Shown one piece after another: positions 25,729 through 31,121 of a DNA stretch of 31,121 nucleotides. How positions within the stretch are numbered: the first letter of the stretch is position 1; the number at the start of each line of letters is the position of its first letter. Source of the DNA: a virus (Duplodnaviria > Caudoviricetes); the IMG/VR virus record IMGVR_UViG_3300034025_000136, positions 1 through 31,121 of that record; one strand, written 5' to 3'. The notes beneath the pieces are model-generated. The model saw nothing but the letters and a program-made list of their open reading frames with translations, was not told the origin of the DNA and searched no databases. The position numbers were made by a program, and so were the translations under genes.

Positions 25729-25941
25729 TTAGCCGTTTTGGGTTACTGTGAGCTTGATTGGCAAAACCTTGTAGCCTTTCAAACCCAGTTCATGAATGGA
25801 TTTTGAAAGCTTTGCCTTATGCAGAAGCCTTATGGTGGCGACACATGTAGCGAAGTCTGGGCAAAGCGTCAAAGCCTGAAAACTGCCATCGGGCGCAAAC
25901 AGCGCGTACCAATCGGCGTTGTAGATTTCCTCTATTTTCAT
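25729..25941 (-). CDS. Hypothetical phage protein
   Basis: 70-aa ORF in the operon, 4 nt after the upstream stop. Confidence 0.65.
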   Translation of the reverse strand: MKIEEIYNADWYALFAPDGSFQALTLCPDFATCVATIRLLHKAKLSKSIHELGLKGYKVLPIKLTVTQNG

Positions 25942-25945
25942 CGGG

Positions 25946-26365
25946 TTATTGTTTGGAAGCTTTGCCAGTCACCACCCAGCGGGCAGCCAGTTCAGCAGGC
26001 ACCACCACCTTGTCATGCTCTAGGCGGTGATGCACATGGTAGAAGGCCCTGAACTCTTCAAAATCATGGATAAAAGCGGTGTGCCCTTCCGCTTTGCGGT
26101 ATTGCATCACACCATCTTTATCTATGCTCAGCAGCGGGCTTAGCAGGTTGTCAGTGATGTTCCACTGATTATTCCACCACGCCCAAAACTCCTTGGAATA
26201 GGCCGCGTTTTCGCGGGCGCGGGTGGTGCCATAGAGCTTTTCTAGCAGGTCGTTTCCGTTCTCGCTAATCAGCTCACTTAACCACTTTTCATCTTCACCC
26301 AGGAACCCGAGCAAGCGGGCGCGTGTGGTGGCATCTTGTTCTTTTACTCGTTGTGCGTGGTTCAT
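25946..26365 (-). CDS. Hypothetical phage protein
   Basis: 139 aa, ATGA overlap; FWAWWNNQW motif. Confidence 0.75.
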   Translation of the reverse strand: MNHAQRVKEQDATTRARLLGFLGEDEKWLSELISENGNDLLEKLYGTTRARENAAYSKEFWAWWNNQWNITDNLLSPLLSIDKDGVMQYRKAEGHTAFIHDFEEFRAFYHVHHRLEHDKVVVPAELAARWVVTGKASKQ

Positions 26366-26727
26366 GATAAGGTTTGATGAAGGAAGGTGAACAGATAGGC
26401 CAATTCCGGTTTTCCAGTGAAGTCAGCTTTGTACAGGAGCAGCAGCAGCACCAGGGCTTCTGACTCAGGCAGGGTGAAGCTGTATTCACCTAGCAGCGGC
26501 ATCAGTAGAAAAGCCCGCTTAGTCAGCATTTCTTGGGCTTTGGCCCGTTCAAAGGCCATTTTCATCAGTGCTTCTGTGTTCAGCGTCATTGGTTTTGGCC
26601 GGTTGGCCGCATCCTGAATAATGCCTTTCAAGGCTGACTGGGTACAGAAACCGAGGTTGAAGCGCACGGCACCTTTTGCGGTGCGTTCAGCCATTTGACG
26701 GGTAAAGGGCTTGCGCTTATTCATCAC
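26362..26727 (-). CDS. Hypothetical phage protein
   Basis: 121 aa, overlaps both neighbours. Confidence 0.7.
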   Translation of the reverse strand: MMNKRKPFTRQMAERTAKGAVRFNLGFCTQSALKGIIQDAANRPKPMTLNTEALMKMAFERAKAQEMLTKRAFLLMPLLGEYSFTLPESEALVLLLLLYKADFTGKPELAYLFTFLHQTLS

Positions 26728-27436
26728 CCGGTTCCGCTAATTCCAGCGCGGTTTGCTCAGGTGCTGTTTCCTTCGCGGGCCTGCCTTTCTTCTTCACTTC
26801 CGTTTGCCGGGGCGGGTAGATTTCAAAGGGTTCTGTAGGCCCGAAGCGGCTTCTGCTAACCGCTGTGCCGTTGCTCACATAGGTCTTTATATCGGCCATG
26901 TACTCAACTGCCTTCGCTACTTTGCCTTTCGGGGAAGGGCCACTAGACCAACTAATCACAATGAAAACCTTGTTTTTGAACAGGGCTACAAGCCGCTTGA
27001 ACTGTTCTTCAGTCAGGTTCATGTATTGCAGCGAGTCCAACACGGCAAAGCGGGCCGAACGCTTCTGACTGAGCTTATGCACCATGTCATCAAAGCTGTC
27101 ACGGTCGCCCAGCATGAAAGAGCCTTTGGGGCACAGTTCCTTCACATTGCACCGGATGGCAGCGGCTTGGATGGTGGCCCCTTCGCCCTCTTCAGCGCTG
27201 TTGTAGTACACTTTTCCGAGCTTGGTAAGGGCCACGCACAGGCGCATCACGAACGTGGTTTTACCACCACCGCTTTCCCCGTAAACTATCATTTTGAAGT
27301 TTTCTTGGGGGTGGCCAATGTACTTGCGCCACTCGGGGTCAAGGTCGAGCATAGTGTACTTGTTATTCAGTACATCGTGCATCGAAACAGACCGTTTGAT
27401 AGCCCGCTTGGCGGGAGCTTCTTTAATTTTGGACAT
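26717..27436 (-). CDS. RecA/RadA/KaiC-like P-loop ATPase
   Basis: Walker A YGESGGGKTT, YNSAEEG, Walker B AVLDSLQ, VEYMAD, SRSRFG. Confidence 0.85.
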   Translation of the reverse strand: MSKIKEAPAKRAIKRSVSMHDVLNNKYTMLDLDPEWRKYIGHPQENFKMIVYGESGGGKTTFVMRLCVALTKLGKVYYNSAEEGEGATIQAAAIRCNVKELCPKGSFMLGDRDSFDDMVHKLSQKRSARFAVLDSLQYMNLTEEQFKRLVALFKNKVFIVISWSSGPSPKGKVAKAVEYMADIKTYVSNGTAVSRSRFGPTEPFEIYPPRQTEVKKKGRPAKETAPEQTALELAEPGDE

Positions 27437-27461
27437 TGTATAAATGGTCTATAAAGGCTGT

Positions 27462-27833
27462 TTAGGAATTGGTTTTGGTGCGCAGGGCGCGGCATGCTTT
27501 GCAGTGGTCCGCACACCCGTGGTTCTTGTCATACAGGTCATCGGGAATGATGCCATCAGCACCCCACTTGCCACAAATGCTGGTTTCTTGGCCCGTGGGC
27601 TCACCTGTGAAGCGGTAGTAATGCCAGTTGATTGCGTTGGCTGGCTGTGCCCACCCTTGCTGGGTTTCGGCGGCATCAGTGAGCGCTTCCAGCGTAGTGT
27701 TTGCTTGCTGGTTCAGCACTGCATTTTCAAAGTATTTGGCGTGTGCCATTGCTTGTTTGCGGGGTATGAGTTGAGAGAATCGGGCGGCTTCAGCAAGCCA
27801 CTGTTGGTAGTTAGTTGGCGAGGGCTTCAGCAT
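27462..27833 (-). CDS. Hypothetical protein with C-terminal Zn-finger-like motif
   Basis: WHYY...SICG...HCKAC; start moved to ATG 27833. Confidence 0.6.
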   Translation of the reverse strand: MLKPSPTNYQQWLAEAARFSQLIPRKQAMAHAKYFENAVLNQQANTTLEALTDAAETQQGWAQPANAINWHYYRFTGEPTGQETSICGKWGADGIIPDDLYDKNHGCADHCKACRALRTKTNS

Positions 27834-28698
27834 CGTTTTTCCGCTTTTTGAGGGTGCTGAACAGGGTGCCGTAGTTCTCACACTGTGCCATCAGTTGCGA
27901 CACTTCGCGGGTTGAAGCGACACCGTAGGTGCTGCAAATGGCTACCGCGTCATCACGGTCAATGCCAGCCGTAATCATCACGGGTTCCGCCCCGAACCGG
28001 CGCAGCACTTGCGGAAATGATTCGATGTTCTTTGCGGCCCGAGCCCGCATGGTGGCCACCAAGTCATTTGCACCCATTATGATGATGCCAGCGCGGTTTT
28101 CTACCTTGTCATACAGGTCCTTGATGTACCCGATAGCCAGCCGCTTTTTCATCATCACTTCCGATTCATCCAAAATCAGAAGGGCATTGGGGGTGGCGTT
28201 CAGCTTCGCGGCCACGTTCTCAATGATGGTGATGTTATCACCCACAGGCAGCACCCCAACCGCTTCCGCAATGGTCTGCACCATCTTGCGCGGGGTCATT
28301 GCGTTGGCACACTTCACCACGTAGGTTCCGGCCGGGTATTGGCGCTGAAACTCGGTCACTGCGAAGGTTTTGCCTTGGCCCGTGTTCCCGTCAATGATGC
28401 CGTAACCTGCATTTTGCTTGGCCTGAACCAGCGCAAACAGAATATCAATGAAGGGTTTAGTTTCAAACACTTCCAAGGTCATGCCCAAGAACTGCTGAAG
28501 CTTCAGGAAGTGCGTGTCACCAATTTGGGTGGTTTTGCCACCCTGAACCGGGAACGTGTTCCATTCACCCCGAAGGATATAGGACAGGTAAGAAGGATTG
28601 ACACCAGTGAGGCCAGAAAACTTGCCAGCACTCATGTTATGCTTTCCCATGTAAGCGTCGGCTTCGCGGGAAATCAGTTGTTTGTGTGACTCTAACAT
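27811..28698 (-). CDS. MuB-like AAA+ transposition ATPase with N-terminal HTH
   Basis: HTH SAGKFSGLTGVNPSYLSYIL; Walker A GNTGQGKT; Walker B LILDESE; directly after the transposase; start moved to ATG 28698. Confidence 0.88.
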   Translation of the reverse strand: MLESHKQLISREADAYMGKHNMSAGKFSGLTGVNPSYLSYILRGEWNTFPVQGGKTTQIGDTHFLKLQQFLGMTLEVFETKPFIDILFALVQAKQNAGYGIIDGNTGQGKTFAVTEFQRQYPAGTYVVKCANAMTPRKMVQTIAEAVGVLPVGDNITIIENVAAKLNATPNALLILDESEVMMKKRLAIGYIKDLYDKVENRAGIIIMGANDLVATMRARAAKNIESFPQVLRRFGAEPVMITAGIDRDDAVAICSTYGVASTREVSQLMAQCENYGTLFSTLKKRKNDAEALAN

Positions 28699-28738
28699 TA
28701 CTTTTGGGGGGTTGAAGTGAAATGATTGGTTGGACTCG

Positions 28739-28771
28739 GGCCACCACGGCGGCAACCGTGGTGGCCTTTTT
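28739..28771. promoter_or_regulatory. Hairpin between transposase and ATPase genes
   Basis: ggccaccacgg-cggcaa-ccgtggtggcc followed by ttttt on the plus strand only. Confidence 0.7.
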
Positions 28772-28773
28772 GG

Positions 28774-30900
28774 TTATTCGGAAAAGCGAACGGTCTTCAG
28801 GAATGCAGCCTTCTTGGCGTGTTCGGCTGAGCTAGTGGCCACGGGTTCAGCAGCCCGAGTGGGCATGCGACGCGGCTTGGCCACCACATCTTGTTCCCGC
28901 ATGAAGTCTTCTTCAGCGGCGGTTTCCACGTCTTTCGACCAGCGGCGGTGCTGGCCAAACTTTAGGAGTTCTTCAGCGTCAAACCGCTCAGAAATGTCCG
29001 CTTGGCGGTTCACCACGCGGGTTGCTTGCTCACCTTTGGCAGCCAAGCGCACATTGATTTTCTCCCGGCTGTCAGCTTTGTAGTCAGCAAATGCCCGTGG
29101 CATAGCCTCTTTCGGGTGTGCATAGCCAATGAAGCGCTTATCAGCCCCGACGAACAGCCCAATCATGCTGGCTGGGTTTTCGGGGTCGTACTTCACCCAG
29201 AATTGCTGGCCAACAAAAGCACTGTGAAAGTCCATGTCAGGCACCCGCATGGTGATACCCGGTATGTCGGTGGCCACCTCGTCAACCACCTCAAACACGG
29301 TTTCTACCCGGTTTTTGGTGAAGCGCAACCCATCCTTACGGTAGGTAATGGGTGAATCATTCCACACCCAAAAGGCGTCCATTTCATCTTCAGGCGTCAG
29401 CAGCTCAGTGTTCTCATTCCGGCTGGCCTCATACAGTTCTTTTGGTGACAGACGGTCACCTTTTGCCCCTTTGAAGTTGTTCCAAACGTGTAATTCAAAC
29501 TCAGCTTGGGCAATACATTCAGCCAGGGTGGGCAACTCCGATTCTTTCAGGTTGTCGAGATTTTCCCGGCTGTTGATTTCCCGAGCCGTGATGTTTTGGC
29601 CCGTGTAGTTCTTGTCAGCCCGCATTATCTGCTTCTGTAGCCGCCCAAAAGCACCTTCAATGGTCTTAGATTGACCATTATGCGGCATCGCTTTGTAGTG
29701 CAGGCCACTCACACCCGCGAAAAACGCTAGGTTAGCAGAGTCACCGTCATAGAGGAATTGCAGCGGCTTCGCACCACCAGCGCGGCGGTGGGCCATGCGC
29801 ACGGCTTTGGCCACCTCGTCTGAATTCTCAGTTTCCGCGAAGGACCAGCCCAAGAAATAGTCTGTGGCCACGTCCATCACCACCAGCACCTTCAGCTTAG
29901 CTGAAGTTTTCCCGTCTTTCCGGTAGCGCTTGTTAACCTTAGTTCCATCAATTACCCATTGCACGTCGCGTTGGGTGGGCTTGTAGCAAAGCATGGTGTA
30001 TTCATACTTAGCCTTCCATGCCTTGAACCCATGCCGGGCCATGTACCAGTTCGGCTGCACATCGGGCGCCAAAAGCCGCTTTTTGGTGGTGCCACTGGTG
30101 ATGGTGGGCCACACATACAGCCCGAGTTCAGCCCGGCGCTGTGCGGCCTCATTGAACCACGCCGTGACCAGTTCCCAAGAAGGCTTAGTGCTGTCTGAAT
30201 ACAGCTTAATCAAGTATTCTAGCTCTTCGTAGCCTACTTTTTCGGGGTTTGTGTTGCCCAAAGCCTTGCTGATAAGGCAGGCCGCACCCTCTTCTTTGTA
30301 AGCCCGCAACTTCGCAGCCAGCTTGCTTGGGTTGCTAGGCAACTTCACCCCGTCTTCTTCAAACAGGGTCACGCATGCGGCCATGAATTCGGGCATGGAT
30401 GCGAAAGCGGGGCTAATTTTCACTCGCTCAGCTTTCTTCTTCCATTTCGCGTCACTCAGGAAAGCCAGCCACCGAGCCGCCAAGCCATAAGCCTTGATTT
30501 TGTCTTCAGGCAGACCGCTTAGTTCCTTGGTAATGACTTCACCCGTGCTTTTGTCTGTGCTTTCGCGGGTGATGCGGTAGCCACGCAGTATGGCCAAGTC
30601 TTCTTTGGGCACTGCTGGCAACAGTTGCCGTAGCACCGCGTATTGGCCCCGCTTCAGCATCCATGCCAAAGGGTCTTCACCCTTGGTGATGGTTTCCCGA
30701 ACCAGCTTTTGCTTCTCAGTCGGCAAGCTGGAGTACTCGTAAATGCGCAGCTTGCCGTTTTCGGGGTCCTTTTCCGAATTGATGCCACGCCACCCAGGGC
30801 GTTGCATGGAAATATTCACCTTCACGGTGTCGGGCTTGTAGCCCAACGCCGCGAAGTCTCCAATTTCCAAGAAAAGGCGTTGATTATCGAGTAGCCGCAC
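28774..30900 (-). CDS. MuA-like DDE transposase
   Basis: WVIDGTK (D), VVMDVATDYFLG, LYDGDS (D), SKTIEGAFGRLQ (E); 708 aa; GTG start. Confidence 0.9.
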   Translation of the reverse strand: MRLLDNQRLFLEIGDFAALGYKPDTVKVNISMQRPGWRGINSEKDPENGKLRIYEYSSLPTEKQKLVRETITKGEDPLAWMLKRGQYAVLRQLLPAVPKEDLAILRGYRITRESTDKSTGEVITKELSGLPEDKIKAYGLAARWLAFLSDAKWKKKAERVKISPAFASMPEFMAACVTLFEEDGVKLPSNPSKLAAKLRAYKEEGAACLISKALGNTNPEKVGYEELEYLIKLYSDSTKPSWELVTAWFNEAAQRRAELGLYVWPTITSGTTKKRLLAPDVQPNWYMARHGFKAWKAKYEYTMLCYKPTQRDVQWVIDGTKVNKRYRKDGKTSAKLKVLVVMDVATDYFLGWSFAETENSDEVAKAVRMAHRRAGGAKPLQFLYDGDSANLAFFAGVSGLHYKAMPHNGQSKTIEGAFGRLQKQIMRADKNYTGQNITAREINSRENLDNLKESELPTLAECIAQAEFELHVWNNFKGAKGDRLSPKELYEASRNENTELLTPEDEMDAFWVWNDSPITYRKDGLRFTKNRVETVFEVVDEVATDIPGITMRVPDMDFHSAFVGQQFWVKYDPENPASMIGLFVGADKRFIGYAHPKEAMPRAFADYKADSREKINVRLAAKGEQATRVVNRQADISERFDAEELLKFGQHRRWSKDVETAAEEDFMREQDVVAKPRRMPTRAAEPVATSSAEHAKKAAFLKTVRFSE

Positions 30901-30902
30901 TG

Positions 30903-31121
30903 TTAAGCTCCCTTCTTATCTGATTGGAACTTGTGCTGTGCGCGTACTCGCTCACTCAACAGCAGGCGGTATGCCTTCTCTACCTTCTCGCTGTGCCGGT
31001 CTCCACTGAAGACTTTGCGCACCATGCTAGCGCTAACGCCTGTGCGAAGCGCTACTTCAGCCGCATCGCTGGGTAAGCGTGTGGCCCCTGTTTCTGCTAG
31101 AATATCGTTCGCGTTGCTCAT
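30903..31121 (-). CDS. Ner/Cro-like HTH DNA-binding protein
   Basis: AAEVALRTGVSASMVRKVFSG HTH; immediately upstream of the transposase, where Mu ner lies. Confidence 0.7.
   Translation of the reverse strand: MSNANDILAETGATRLPSDAAEVALRTGVSASMVRKVFSGDRHSEKVEKAYRLLLSERVRAQHKFQSDKKGA

Larger units (their letters stand above)
1..31121. mobile_element. Mu-like transposable prophage/phage (contractile tail), both ends outside the window
   Basis: DDE transposase + AAA+ ATPase + Gam + GemA-like early genes together with terminase, DUF935-type portal, gpF, gpG, protease, capsid, sheath/tube/tape measure/baseplate; no host genes seen. Confidence 0.95.

Noticed and set aside
26753-27454. 233-aa plus-strand ORF
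   Set aside because: Antisense shadow of the RecA-like ATPase
28699-28755. Longer ORF-track starts (e.g. 28755, 24992, 22820, 15962, 12008)
   Set aside because: These extensions run through hairpins, promoter gaps or neighbouring genes; downstream starts fit operon packing better
1-31121. CRISPR array, tRNA/rRNA genes, Mu end repeats
   Set aside because: No repeat-spacer pattern or RNA gene recognised; the window starts and ends at gene boundaries inside the phage, so termini are not visible

Overview
The whole window is the interior of a Mu-like (transposable) temperate myovirus/prophage, most likely from a Bacteroidota host (inferred from gene families and from A/C-rich start regions lacking Shine-Dalgarno sites). 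There are three blocks. (i) A minus-strand early operon, 31121->22882: Ner-like HTH, DDE transposase, MuB-like AAA+ ATPase, a second RecA-like ATPase, Gam, GemA-like protein and a short C5-methyltransferase, followed by a moron-like FxLYD membrane gene. (ii) A plus-strand packaging/neck operon, 16049->22274: small and large terminase, gp36, a portal-gpF fusion, gpG, a Mor-like protein and a gp37-like protein. (iii) A divergent minus-strand operon, 15862->1: protease/scaffold, major capsid, lysis cassette, contractile tail, baseplate and fibres. The phage ends and repressor lie outside the window. Highlights are a capsid protein with a ~58-aa double-hydrophobic leader, a portal-gpF polyprotein sharing candidate cleavage motifs with the scaffold, an unannotated -1 frameshift tail chaperone, a signal-peptide CHAP endolysin plus unimolecular spanin, apparent total absence of GATC with excess GGCC, twin early-operon hairpins, and a central candidate gyrase-site-like element. 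All family assignments are from motif recognition and synteny, not database searches.
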